This document shows, piece by piece, positions 39,970-54,536 of a DNA stretch of 64,000 nucleotides (positions within the stretch are counted from its first letter, which is position 1; the number at the start of each line of letters is the position of its first letter). The stretch is from Octopus vulgaris (Eukaryota). A program made the translations under genes and the position numbers. The stretch is taken from positions 46,066,001 to 46,130,000 of the forward strand of contig OX597819.1 of the NCBI GenBank assembly GCA_951406725.2, given 5' to 3'. The notes beneath the pieces were generated by a model that saw only the letters and a program-made list of their open reading frames with translations, was not told where the DNA came from and did not search any database.

Positions 39970-40774
39970 AGAAAGTGCATGCTCACTAAGTTTTAACGCT
40001 CTAGCTCACTTCTGTTGTTTACATCAATGCTTAGAAGGAAGGTGTGCAGCATGTAATTGTCGCATTGACCATGACAGAGAAACTTGTCATAGTGATACCT
40101 GTTCCGAGGCCTACGCAAAGCTGCAGAAATTCTATGGAGAGCAGTGTATGAGTCGTACACAAATGTACGAGTGGTTCAGACCATTCCAAGATGGCCCCAA
40201 AAATGTCGATAGTGACGAACGTTCTGGGAGATCCGCAACCAACAGAAATGAAAAAAAAAAAAAACATTGCAGATGTGCGTACTCATGTGAGGGGAAATGT
40301 TGGAATCCCCATCCGTGAGTTATCAGAGGATGTGCAAATTACGGTTCAGTCCATTATTACTGAAGATTTGAGTATATGACGCGTGTCTGCCAAGTTTGTG
40401 CCTAAACTGCTTTCAGCTATCGAAAAAGACAACTCGGGTTGCATGAGAACTTCTTAATTGTGTCGAGAATGATTAAAACTTTTTGAAAACTTTGCGTAGG
40501 CCTCTGAGCAGGTATCACCACGCTTTTGGCAAAATTTGATGCAAATTCTCTGCTCACCTTCCTCTGTCATAGTCAATGCAACGACACCACGCTACACACC
40601 TTCCTTCCAAGCCCTGCTGTAAACAGCGGAAGTGAGCCAGAACGTTATATCTCAGTGCGCATGCACAGCCGAGTTTAAGGTCAATCTCTGCCGAGTAGCT
40701 TTAATATGTTTTTTTTTTTTTTTTTGCTGCGTTACTATAGCAACAGTCTGGATACTTATTGATCAGATCACGTA
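39970..40774 (+). mobile_element. Internally rearranged mariner derivative with long inverted arms
   Basis: Transposase N-terminus EAYAKLQKFYGEQCMSRTQMYEWF...DERSGR...IRELSED...VSAKFVPKLL; 39975-40080 is inverted at 40562-40665; mariner-like end ttattgatcagatcacgta. Confidence 0.8.
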
Positions 40775-41251
40775 TATCATTTTTTGATAACTTCGGTTCG
40801 ATATTTAAGTTCTGAACGAAATTGGATAGATGAAAATTTTATTTATTTGATGAATTAGGCCAGCGTTTCATGGGTGCGACCTTGTGAAATGCTGCCTCAT
40901 GCTAATTCTTCCCGAAGATTTAGCTGAGTGTGCATGTGTGTGTTTCATACTCAGCTATTTACAACTTAACTCAAATATTTTGTTAGTTCAAGAAAAAAAA
41001 AACACTTAATGTTACCCTTCGAAATCAAGAGAAATCCGCACACGCACACACACACACACGAACGTACACACGCAAACATATTAACGGGGAGCAACACATA
41101 GTATGCGTACGTATATATGTGTATGTATATATTTGCAGGATGAATGTATGCGTGTGTGTGTGTTTGTGATTGCGTGAATTAACTGAATCCATACATATAT
41201 AGGTATAAACATGCATATATATATATATATATATGTGTATATATATATATG

Positions 41252-41359
<108 letters not shown>

Positions 41360-41496
41360 TTGAGTTGTGGGGTATCGCACGAGTGGGATTATATAAGAAA
41401 AAAGGTTTGAAAATGCAATTTAAACGATGTTTATTTACTTAACCGGTTTCACTCTTTGGTAAAAGATTGTCAAAAGTTACATTTAAGGAAACATTG

Positions 41497-41720
41497 AATA
41501 ATATGGGTTCAAAAAAAGTTTTTTACATAATTGTCACATTGAATATTATGCATTCAAAAAAGTTTTTTACATAATTGTCACATTGGATATTATGGGTTAA
41601 AAAAAGTTTTTTACATAATTGTCACATTGAATATTATGCATTCAAAAAAGTTTTTTACATAATTGTCACATTGGATATTATGAATTCAAAAATGTTTTTT
41701 TATACATAATTGTCACATTA
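41497..41720. repeat. About 44-bp tandem repeat x5 inside pLTR (mirrored at about 45618-45842)
   Basis: Unit aatattatgcattcaaaaaagttttttacataattgtcacattg, alternating gggtt and gcatt variants. Confidence 0.9.
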
Positions 41721-42350
41721 CATGTATAAATATAGTGTTTGGTAACAGAGAAGTTCAATAGTGTGATGAGAATATTTGGGAAAATTTGGCAGAAAAGGAT
41801 AAAACAAATATATTATTGGGAATTGGTTGCGTTAATTATTGGTTGTCGCAAATTGTCACATTACATGTATATATATACAATCTTTGGTATATATATACAG
41901 CGTTTTGACAGCAAAAATTAAAATGGATTTTTTGTACATCTCAGAATATTTTAAGTATGTTTTTACTGACCTGTCAGTATTAGCAGAAAGGCTGAACTGA
42001 GAGAACAGAAGAAGTAGCCAATGTGGTGTATACTTCCCCTTTATGCATGAATGATTTTGGGGTTATCAGGAGGTTAGTATGCGGGTGTGAATAGATGTGT
42101 CCGTGCCTTCTGGTCAGACAGCGTCTGTTTGTCACACACATATATATACACACAAACACACACACACACAACAACACACACACACACAACAACACACACA
42201 CACACACATAGTATACAAACACACACCACATACAAACAACACACACACACAGAACACACACACCCACACACAACGCACCCACATATATCACATATACACA
42301 CAGCACACAAATATAACATGTATCTATATATAACATACACAGATATATAA

Positions 42351-42399
<49 letters not shown>

Positions 42400-43213
42400 C
42401 ACACGCACACATACATACATAATATAAATATCACACAAATACACCTAGCATATATATACACACATACAATACACACATACAGCATGTAAGTAATATACAT
42501 ACACAATATATGCATGCAATATACATACGCAATACATACATATAATATATATATATATAGACAATGCATATACATATATACACATATACATATAAATAGT
42601 GTTTACATACACATACATAGATGTACCACATATACACACAACACACATACATACAATGCATACACATACACGTACGCATACATATAATATATATATACAC
42701 ACACACACACATAACATACATACACACACAATGCATACATATATATACACGCAATGCATATACATGTATTCATGCACATATAGCACACCTACAATATACA
42801 TATATACAGTGCACACATACACACAAATATATACACTTAATTGTACACGTACATATACAATACACATACATACAATATACATATACACAATGCGCATGCA
42901 AATAATGTACATGTTTATACACACATAAACATGCAAATAAATATACACACACACACATACACACACACACATATATATACACATATATATACATATATAT
43001 ATATATATACACACATACATACATACATACATGCACATACATATATTTTTTCACACACATACACACACATATATATATATAAAAAATTCACCACCCCCCA
43101 CACACACAAATTATAAACCTATAGCGTACACACTCAAATATATCTCTACATGCCGCACACACACACAAACAAAGTACTAACATATACACACATACCATGC
43201 ATATACACACACA

Positions 43214-43258
<45 letters not shown>

Positions 43259-43295
43259 CAGATACATATGTAAATACATACACACGTACACAATG

Positions 43296-43332
<37 letters not shown>

Positions 43333-43439
43333 ACACACCCGCACACAGTGCACGCACACACACACATATATACACACGTGCACACACACACACACATACA
43401 ACGCGCGCACACACACATATACACACACACGCACACAGT

Positions 43440-43471
<32 letters not shown>

Positions 43472-43656
43472 CACTCACACACATACATCACCTACATATA
43501 TATAATGCATGCGTGTGCATGCCACGTATGTGTGCGGTCAATGCCCGCTAGTGTGTCCTATGCGTGCCGATGCGCGCATGTGCCCGCCCGCACGATATGC
43601 TGTGAGCGTGCGCGCGTCCCTGTGTGCTTGCTCTGGATGTGCTTCCAGGGGGTATG

Positions 43657-45329
43657 TTAGAGTATGTTTAGTTGTGGTCTGTATTTTTGAATAAGATTAC
43701 TTTCCTTATTTATTCGTGTTTGGTCTGTGGTGTTGTCCGAGCATTGGTATAGTGGGAAGACTAAGAATTTGGGGGACTTATTGTGTGCACAAAGGTCTAA
43801 GTGTCCACTTAGTGGTATCTGTCTTGTGGAGGGGTCCCTCAGTTGTTGTCGGTGAACTGTCATTCTGTCTCTGAGGGTAAGGCTCGTTTGCCCTATGTAG
43901 TCTTCGTGGCATCCTTCACACCTTATGACGTAGAGTAAATTTTTTGATGCGCACGTGAAGTTATTTTTTATGATGAATGTGTGTCCCGAGTGGAACTTGT
44001 ACGACGATCCCTCAATGAGGTGGATGCAGGTCTTACAGTTGGGGCGACCACATTTTTTGATGGTGGGCGGTGGGTTTGTGTTGTGTAATTTTGCGTTGGT
44101 GAGGAGGTTTTTAGGGATTTAGGTTGTCTCTTACTTTTTATTATTTTATGAGCTGCCAGTATTTTTTTCAGGCGTGGGTCTTGATTTAGTTGTGGAATGT
44201 TGTTGTATATAATAGTGTAAGCTTCTGCATTCCTTGGGTTGTGTGTTGAGAGATAAGGGAGGCTATTGACTGTACTGTGGATGTGTTTGGGTTTTCGAAG
44301 GTCTTGAATGTTGATTGATTTGGCCCGTTCTATTCCGTTGTCTACTAGTGATGCCGGGTAATGTCTTTCGAGAAGAATTGCCCTTAGTTCCCGGAGTCTT
44401 CTATTTCGTGTTGTGTCATTTGAGACAATAGTGCAGATTCTTCTCGCTAGGTTGAAGGGGATATTTGTCTTTGTGTGTTTTGGGTGATTGGAGGTGAATA
44501 GAAGGTATTGTTTAGAGTCAGTGGGTTTGTAATGGATGTCAGTTTCAATGTTGACGCCTTTTTTAATGATTAGGATGTCAAGAAAAGGGAGTTGGTCCTG
44601 ACTATATTCCATTGTGAATTGAATGTTGTTATTTACACTGTTGATAAGGTTTTTGAAGTCTATAAGTTGGTCGAGAGTGTGGGACCATAGGATGAGGCAA
44701 TCATCTAAGTAGCGTTTCCAGTTCTCCAACAGGTATTTGTGGAAAGACTGGCCGTACTTATATTTGGATTTTTCATAGATATGTGATTCCAGGTAGGCCA
44801 TCACCAGGTTTGCATAGGTAGGTGCAACTTTCGTACCCATTGCAGTCCCTGAGACCTGTCTGTAAGTGTTGTTGTGGAAATACATGAAGTTGTTTTGCAG
44901 AATAAATTTGAGGCCCTCAATTATGAATTCTTTTTTGATTCTTTCCGGGATCTCATTGGGATATTTATCCAGCCAGAATTTAATGGCTTCCAGTCCAAAT
45001 TCATGTGGGATTGTGGTGTAAAGATTAATAACATCAAAAGAAACGATTAAGGTGTCTTTATCGGCATGTTTGGGGAGATGGTTTAATAGGTCCAGGTCAT
45101 CTCTTACAATACTTGGAATGTGTTTCAGTATTGGCTTTAAGATGATATCTATAAAGTTGCTAAGTCTGTGTGTTTCACAACTTGGGCCTGCCACTATTGG
45201 TCTCAGTTTGAGATCAGTGGGATGTGGTATAGTGATGCAGGTTGAAGTGGACTTTTTGCAAGCTTCTGTGATAATTTGACTCTTGTGTATTTTTGGAAGC
45301 CCATAGAGTGTGCTGGTTTTGCAATTAAA
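43657..45329 (-). CDS. PLE RT plus GIY-YIG endonuclease, 5'-truncated, one frameshift at 44108-44112
   Basis: LYGLPKIHK, LRPIV, SFDVINLYT, GTAMGTKVAPTYANL, RYLDD, LPFLD, YKPTD; after the frameshift KCGRPNCKTC, LLYVIRCEGCHEDYIGQT, LRDRMTVH, KESNLIQKYRPQLN. Confidence 0.9.
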
Positions 45330-45860
45330 CTGTTCTCTCAGTTCAGCATTTCTGCTAATACTGACAGGTCAGTAAAAACATACTTAAAATATTCTGAGAT
45401 GTACAAAAAATCCATTTTAATTTTTGCTGTCAAAACGCTGTATATATATACCAAAGATTGTATATATATACATGTAATGTGACAATTTGCGACAACCAAT
45501 AATTAACGCAACCAATTCCCAATAATATATTTGTTTTATCCTTTTCTGCCAAATTTTCCCAAATATTCTCATCACACTATTGAACTTCTCTGTTACCAAA
45601 CACTATATTTATACATGTAATGTGACAATTATGTATAAAAAAACATTTTTGAATTCATAATATCCAATGTGACAATTATGTAAAAAACTTTTTTGAATGC
45701 ATAATATTCAATGTGACAATTATGTAAAAAACTTTTTTTGAACCCATAATATCCAATGTGACAATTATGTAAAAAACTTTTTTGAATGCATAATATTCAA
45801 TGTGACAATTATGTAAAAAACTTTTTTTGAACCCATATTATTCAATGTTTCCTTAAATGT

Positions 45861-45902
45861 AACTTTTGACAATCTTTTACCAAAGAGTGAAACCGGTTAA
45901 GT
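45861..45902 (+). ncRNA. Variant hammerhead-like motif in Neptune-like pLTR (sense copy at 41437-41478, minus)
   Basis: actt-TTGACAA-tcttt.acc.aaaga-gt-GAAA-CCGG-TT-aagt; the core deviates from CUGANGA. Confidence 0.45.
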
Positions 45903-45941
45903 AAATAAACATCGTTTAAATTGCATTTTCAAACCTTTTTT

Positions 45942-46295
<354 letters not shown>

Positions 46296-46319
46296 GATAT
46301 ATATATATATACATACATA

Positions 46320-46507
46320 TAGACGCAGGAGTGGCTTATAGGCGCAGGAGTGGCTGTGTGTTAAGTAGCTTGCTTACCCACCACATAGTTCTGGGTTCAG
46401 TCCCATTGCGTGGCACCTTGGGCAAGTGTCTTCTACTATAGCCTCGGGCTGACCAAAGCCTTGTGAATAGATTTGGTAGGCGGAAACTGAAAGAAGCCCA
46501 TTGTATA
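46320..46507 (+). mobile_element. SINE family A 5' half with duplicated first ~16 nt
   Basis: tagacgcaggagtggct-ta-taggcgcaggagtggctgtgtg... Confidence 0.85.
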
Positions 46508-46757
46508 TATGTATATATATATATGTGTGTGTGTTTGTGTGTGCGTACGTGTGTGCGTGTGCGTCCACATTCTCTACACGCACGCATACATTAGATCGTA
46601 TGCAAATGTATTTTCGATACATTTATTCACTACCACCGAAACATTACATACACATTCTATATGTTCTATAGCTCGTTTCTCTCTTCCTCTCTCCCGCTCT
46701 CACTTTATCTCTCTGTCTCTCCCACATTTTTTCCTCTCACGTTTTACAGACTTTGAG

Positions 46758-46821
<64 letters not shown>

Positions 46822-47311
46822 TGTTACCTTTCCATCAACCGTTTCCATATTTCTAGCTTCTCTCCCTCTCCCTCTCACTTCATCTCTCCGGTGTTTTCTC
46901 TTTCTCTCTTTTTCTCTCTCCTTCTCCCTGACTCTCTTTCTCTCTCTCCCTCTCGCTTTCTTTCTCTCACTTACCACACACTTTGACACACTTTTTTCTT
47001 CTGTCTTTGAGTCAGGAATTATTCCATCGCACCACAACCACCGCCATCACCACCAACGACAGAACCACCGTCACCACCACCACCGCCACAACCTCCATCA
47101 CCATAACTCACACATACGCATATCTCTCATCCGTCTTGTGTACGGCCTTAAAACCTTTGTGCGGTTGAGGATTTAAAACCTACCTCACACTAATGCATTT
47201 CCCGCTTCGCCAAGTGAATGAAAGTCGGCAAGTAATGTATTGCCCTCAGGTATTCGGTGTTGAATCGCAGCGTCGAGCTATTTTAAGAACTACATCATCG
47301 TGGTCGCCGTT

Positions 47312-47346
<35 letters not shown>

Positions 47347-47944
47347 TATTAGCGTCACGAATGTCGTCTTCGCCATCATCATCATCATCATCATCTTCCA
47401 CTTCATTGTCATCATCGTGACTGTGAATATTCTCATCGTAGTCGTCGTCATTGCTACCGTCATCATCGTCATGATTCTCATCATCCTCATCAACATGATC
47501 ATGATAATGATGATGATGATGATCATCATCATCATAACCACCACCACCACCACCACCACCACCACCAGCAACAACGCCAACAGCAGCAGCAGAAACAGCA
47601 GCGATGCCTCCGTAGTTGCCGTCGTCGTCTTCGTCGTTGTCCTCATCACCATCATCAGCTGCAACAGCAGCAGCTGCAGCGTCGTCAAAGTTCATCGTTA
47701 TCATCAACATCATCATCATCATCATCATCTAAGTCGTCATCAACATCATCAACACCCCCAACATCAGCAGCAGCAATATCGTCGTAGTTCATCATCAACA
47801 TCTTCATCGTCATCTTCATTATCATCATCAACATCATCCAATATAACAACAATCACAAGCCTGCAAATTATTAGAATACATATATATATATATACATACA
47901 TACATTGAGAAAGAAAGACAGACACACAGACAGATAGACTACAG

Positions 47945-47987
<43 letters not shown>

Positions 47988-48008
47988 GAGAGAGACAGAC
48001 AGAGACAG

Positions 48009-48056
<48 letters not shown>

Positions 48057-48286
48057 GCATTCATACGTACAGACACCGACACGAGACGAATTCTAAATAG
48101 ATGTATGCAAATTCCATAATTTCTTTAGTTGTAACTTGCCCGTGTACCGTGTGCACCCGCAGCGAAGTCTCAGACAAGTTAGAGACGATATCAACCAAAA
48201 TAAAATCGTGTGTATCTGTGTGCGTACAATATTTATATCGGTATGTATTAAATCATTAAATATATATATACATATATATATATATT

Positions 48287-48335
<49 letters not shown>

Positions 48336-48336
48336 C

Positions 48337-48402
<66 letters not shown>

Positions 48403-49135
48403 ATAACTTTTTTGTACAAAGTCACCGATTTTGAGGAAAGGGGGTAAATCGAGTACATCACCTTCCAGTACTTGAACGGTACTTTATTTTATTGATCGCG
48501 CTCCGAAGGGGTGAAATACAAATTTGGTTTCGGTAAGGTTTGAGCTCACAATTTAATGAGTCGAAGAAATGCCGTCAAACATTTTTTTTTTTTTGCCGAT
48601 TTAAGCACTAATCCAGCAATTTTCTAGGAGATGGTCGTAGAGTAATCGATTACACCGACTCCAGAAGTTGAAAGACAAATTTGATCATGGTGTGATTTGA
48701 AACCTGAACAAATGCTCTAAAACATTTTTTACGGACGTTGTAACATGTCTTACCAGTTCTAACCTCCAACATATTATCTTTCTCGCTTTCTTACAATAAG
48801 ATCAACGCATTTTCGTAAATTAACTTTTCATAATATTTTAATATTGACTTCCATAATTCGAGCAACCTTGCATTTCATTTCCTTTTCTATATAAAATTGT
48901 ACGTAAGCAGTTTACTTATTTTACTTCTTAACTTTTACTTGTTTCAGTCATTGGACTGCAGCCATGCTGGAGCAATACTTTGAAAGGTTTAGTCGTGCAA
49001 GTATACCTCAGTACTAATTTTTATGTTAGATGCTTATTCTGTTGGTTGCTTTCGACACACCAGTAAGTTACGGAAACGTGAACAAAGCAATATCGGTTAT
49101 CTAGTGGTGGCAGAAACACACATAGATACACACAC

Positions 49136-50359
49136 ATGGGACAACCCATAATTAATGCAGTTTTTTTTTATTATTCTTTTATTTTAATTTAGATAAACAA
49201 AGTTAATCTAAAATATACTCTCCTTCATTTTCTTCAATGCTCTTCCATCTATTCTGGTAGACTTGCAAGGCTCCTCTTCCAAAATTCCCTTGTCTGTGAT
49301 GAAAGATACTCCTCCAGTACTGTTCTGACCTCGTCTACAGAATTCATATTTTCTCCGTCCAAATAAAGTGCGGAATAAATGATAATCAGATACAGCAATG
49401 TCCGACGAGTATGGTGGATGGGGCATCGTTTTCCATTCAAACTGTTCCAACCTTTGAAATGTCAACCTCGCTGTATGTGGCTGAGCATTATCCTGATGGA
49501 AGAACACCTTTCGTCTTGAAACCAAAGATGGTCGTTTTTCTTCTTGCGCTGACTTAAGCCACTCAAGTGGCTCGCAATTGGTGTCCTTTGTCATCGTTTG
49601 GTTTGGATTCAAAGTGGACTAAACATTTCATATTTCACCAAACAGATAACACTTTACGTTGATGAAGACCTTCTTTAACCTGGGGCGCCTGTGTTTCTCC
49701 TCTCCTTACCCACTGTCTTAGGCGCTTGACATATTTATCGAGAACCCATTTCTCGTAATCAGTCATTATTCGGTCCAAAAAGTTTCATTCTTGAGACGTG
49801 ACAGCAAAGAAGAGCACTCATTGACTCTCTGTGCTTCATTAAACTCGAAAAGCTTGTGAGGAATTCATGACCCGATTTAATGGGTGACTGACCAAATCTA
49901 AGCCACTCTGCTAGTTCCTCAACAGTTACGATGAGATTTTGTTCCTCCAAGGTTTGCAAGACGTCCTCGTCGAGCTCTACGGATGTTCCAGGACGATGCT
50001 CGTCTTCTAGGCTGTAGTTTCCAGCTCGGAGTTTCTAGAACCACTGTTGACACTGGCTTACGCTTATTGTCCGATCCTCATAAACTGCATTATTATTCCT
50101 CGCACTTTTCGTTGCGTTGTCGCCTTTTTGAATTCATAAAGCAAAATATGTTGAACACGCTCCTTTGTCACTTTAATACGTTTTGAAAAAATAACTGTTA
50201 ATATCGAACTGCACTCTTCAAAACTTGCACTACGAATAAGTACAAGGTAAAATTGCTTCATGCTTTTATAGCAAGTTGATGCAGGTAATTTATCCCGCCC
50301 TCCCCTGACTTTTAGTTCATGCAATTAAAAAACCGCGCTATTTATGGGATGACCCCATA
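49136..50359 (-). mobile_element. Near full-length Tc1/mariner element (DD34D), decayed
   Basis: TIRs atgggacaacccataattaatgcagtttttt and aaaaaccgcgctatttatgggatgaccccat; FFHQDNAQPH, PHPPYSSDIAVSDYHLF, HILLYEF. Confidence 0.9.
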
Positions 50360-50401
50360 CATATACATATGTCTCTGTGTGTGTATACATATATATATAT
50401 A

Positions 50402-50785
50402 ACTAGCAGTATCGCCCGGCGTTGCTCGGGTTTGTAAGGGAAATAACTATAAAGCATTTTTAGAGAGTTATAGCCAAAAAATAGCAAAAAAATGGAAAAA
50501 AATTATGGTAAATTTTTTTGAGAGTTAAAAAGGTCGAGTTGCGTCCCCTAGACAGTCTGTGGTTTGTGTTTCTGATTCTCGACCCCATGTCGAATTTATC
50601 GATGTTTTTCAGAACTGGGGCAACTTTTCAAAATTTCCGCTGCGTTAGTTTAGAATTATGATATTGGGCTATGTGTGTGTCAATTTTAATCAGAATCGGT
50701 TGAAAGCCGTGGTCAGGGTGAGGGTACAACCTAACAGACACACAGACACGCATACAGACAAACTGCCGTTTATATATAGAGAGAT
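50402..50785 (+). mobile_element. Helitron/Helentron-like non-autonomous element
   Basis: Starts actagcagtatcgcccggcgttgctcggg; ends acagaca...ttatatatagagagat. Confidence 0.7.
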
Positions 50786-50839
50786 ATGTATATATACATA
50801 TGTATGTGTGTATTTGCATATATAAGTATTTGTGTGTTT

Positions 50840-50889
<50 letters not shown>

Positions 50890-53013
50890 TACGACGGGAT
50901 TACGCGCGGTTTTCATCTACCAGATGCACTCACAAAGCATTGTTCGAGCCAGAGCCATACCAACAGACATTTGCCCAGACAACCGTGCAGTGGAATTGAA
51001 CCTGAGACAACATGATTGCAAAAATAACCATACAGTTATATCTGCACCTAGTTCTTTGTTAATAACAAAACACACATACTATTCTTATTCTAATTCCGAT
51101 GACGAAGGCAGAATGAGACCAAAGACCGCTGCGATCATGTGACTGTTAATGTCTTCATGACATAGAAACCTATCCATTCATGATTTTTGCTGTATTAGTT
51201 TTGCTGACGCAGACCAAACTAATTTCTTTGGACTCTAGTTTTCTTTCTTTTGAAATCTTTTGTTTATATGAACTGAAAGAATTGTCGAGAGATTTGGAAC
51301 CCATCTATTGGTACTTCGAGTGGTCGACTGACATGGTTGTCACCTCTGCAACGAAACTATCGCTCTCATTTCACATGGAAGTAAACGGCTGGAGACTTGG
51401 TGGTGGTGGGTGATGGTGATATATCGGGAAGCTACGACGTTTACTCCAACTAATTACGGGAAGTGTTTTCAACCAAGAATCGTTATCAAATCACAAATTT
51501 GGTTCACCTTCTCCGCAGACAGACGGAGCTGAGGAGAAATAAATAGATGAAGAAATGGTGGGTGATGGAAGAGAAGAGGGGACAGTCGTTAATACTGCCA
51601 TTACAAAGAGGAGGAAAAAAAGCCATCGAGTGAGAGGGAGGAATATGAAAAGGAAGAGAAAGAGATCGAGACGGTGCATATCACTTCACAGTTAAAGTGT
51701 TGCTCAACATTAAAACAAAACACAAATGTTAAGAGGAATAAAACGATTTCATGGATTCGACATCAGGTTTGTGACATTTTCAAGAGTTCACAAGATCTGC
51801 GTGTTGTTTTTTTGTTTTTTTTTGTTGGTCTTGCATTTGATATTATTGTTGGTGGCGTTGTTGTTTCTATGGTAGCATGTTGCCAAAAAGCTAGTCTTTT
51901 TGTTAGATTTTTGTGGCGTGGATGAAGAAGTAAAGCCAGTGAAAAAAAAAATTGCACAGTTAGATAGAAATTCAAAGCAAAGATATGGCGTGGGGCGCCA
52001 CAGATAGACGAAATTTTGGTAAAAGGAAGCTAAACGGAAATAGCAGGCAAAATTAAAGAAAATATAATTTCTTTCATTTTCTTTCTTCTTTTTGTGGTTC
52101 CTTTCCTCCTTTTTCCTTTCTTTTTTTCTTTTTCTGTTTTGTTTTGGTTTTTTTTTCTGTTCTTAGATCGATTTCTTCTAGAATAGAAAGGCGTGAGATC
52201 TTTTTCAAATATTTCATCTGAAAGTTCTAAAAAGCAGTATGAGGTTTTAAGGTGGACATCTGAAGAAATATTAAAGAAGGAAAAAAATGAGGGCAAAAAT
52301 TGCTTGTGAGGACGTCAGTAGAGTTGAAAAGAAGGATGGAGTTATCGATGAGATAGTGGAGATGGAGAGAGGTTAGTGGTAAGAACGTTAGAGAGGTGGT
52401 GTCAGGGATAGGAATGAAGCGATGTATATGAAGATGAAGAGAGAAACTAAGGAACTGATGATGGTAGTCGTGGTAGGGATGGTAGTGGTGGTTGTGGTGA
52501 TAGTAACCGTCATGGTGGTACTGGTGGTAGTTGATTTGGTTTTCGAGGTGATATGGTGGTTGTGGTGGTGATAGCTGCGGTGTGTATGTTGATGATGATG
52601 ATGAGGGTGATGGTTGTACTGGCGATGATGGTGATGAGGCTTTAGTAGCATCTGTAGCGGTGGTGGTGGTGGTGGTGGTGGTGTTGTTAGTGCTGTTGCT
52701 GCTGGTAGTGGTGGTGGTGGTGGTGGTGGTGGTGGTGGTGGTAGTGGCGGTGGTGGTGGTGGCAAATTTGAATGGAGATAGAGAAAAAAGTTGAAAATGA
52801 ATTGAGAGAAAGTGGATAGGTTTATACAAAGAGAGAATGTGAGAGAAAAGACTGTCGGGGTTTAAAAACTATAGGCAAGTAGTGAGATATACTGAGAGTA
52901 AAGAGGAATAGAGAGAATAAAGATGAATGTAGCGTAAGAAATAAATCAAAGAACAGGGTGAAATTAAAAAGGGAAACAAACGGATGGGGCATATAACTGC
53001 GTTACATATACAC

Positions 53014-53060
<47 letters not shown>

Positions 53061-53257
53061 TGTGTGTGTATCTAATATATATATATACGCATTTATATCT
53101 ACATATGTATATGTATGTATATATAAATATATATATATATGTATTTATGTATGTATGTATGCATGTATGTATTTTATGTGTGTCCCCGAGTTTCAGCCGT
53201 TTTTGCACACAATCTTTAGGCAAATATGCGCAGCGCATATATACATATATACAATTA

Positions 53258-53350
<93 letters not shown>

Positions 53351-54159
53351 TACATATATATATAATATATATACATATATATATGCATGTATGCATATGC
53401 ACATATATCTCTATATATTTACATAATACGTATATGTGTATGTATGTATATCCAGGTACATATACATACACGCACACGCACACGCACACACACACACACA
53501 CACACACAGACGCGCACTCACGCAAAGATATTTGTCTGTTAAAAGAAATTACTGAACACGTGATACCAAACCATAGTAGAATGTACTATTATATTACGGC
53601 TGACCCAGTAAACTGTTAATCTGGAATTTCTCAGACATGCAGACGGTTTTACAGGCAGAAAAATAAGAACTCTACCTGGCATGGAAGAATCCGTTATGAA
53701 ATTTCTATTTAAGCATATTTAGAAATCCAACAAAAATATCCATTTTCTTTTCATGAATCTCGAATTCTATATGAAATAGTTAAGACTCTACATAAACGGG
53801 TGCAAAATAATTAAATTAACCAAATCATAACAAATAGACACAAGACCCGGTATATATGACAGCATAATATGAGTTTTTCACAAAGAAGACCTAAATTTGA
53901 GAATGAAGGAAATATTGTTCAAATCGACCTAAATAGTCGTGTACCTCTCAAGGCAAAGTTGATCACGGCAGGACACAGAGGAGCGAAAATATATACCACA
54001 GCGGATTCAATTCAGTACTCAAAAGATACTTCGAATGCACTGTCCCATATGATATTTATATGGAAGAGAAACATATGTTAAAAAACACCTTAGACTCTTA
54101 TACAGACCTTGACAAGTCAATAAAGATTTTAGCTAAAGGCCAATAGTTAAACATTCAGA

Positions 54160-54486
54160 GAGAGCATGGCTGTGCGGTTAAGAGGATCGCTTTGGAAATA
54201 CGTGGTATGATGTTCAGTGCAACTCTGCAGCATTTTGAGCAAATATCTACAGGTCTGGGCCGACCAATGCCTTGCAAATAGATTTGGAATTTGTTAGATG
54301 GAAACTGCATAGAATACCGCTGTGTGTGTGTGAGTGATATAGATGTATATAGGCGCAGGCGTGGGGTTATGTGATAAGCTTGCTTCCCAACCACATGATT
54401 CCGGGTTCAGTTTCTTCTACAATGGCTTCGGGCCGACCAAATCCTTGTGAGTGTATTTGGTACACGGAAACGGAAAGAAGCCTGTC

Positions 54487-54536
<50 letters not shown>

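Noticed and set aside
41497-41720. CRISPR-like regular repeats
   Set aside because: Units are contiguous with no unique spacers, there are no cas genes, and the context is a eukaryotic retroelement.
41739-41921. Identical 60-aa ORFs at 41739 (+) and 45417 (-)
   Set aside because: A by-product of the inverted pLTRs; TTG start and no recognisable motif.
47246-47908. Poly-Asp and poly-His ORFs
   Set aside because: Trinucleotide mosaic open in several frames; the adjacent unique part (47170-47290) hits stops in the frames I read.
51760-51805. Short hairpin caggtttgtga...tcacaagatctg as a possible miRNA
   Set aside because: The stem is too short and imperfect, and I recognise no mature sequence.
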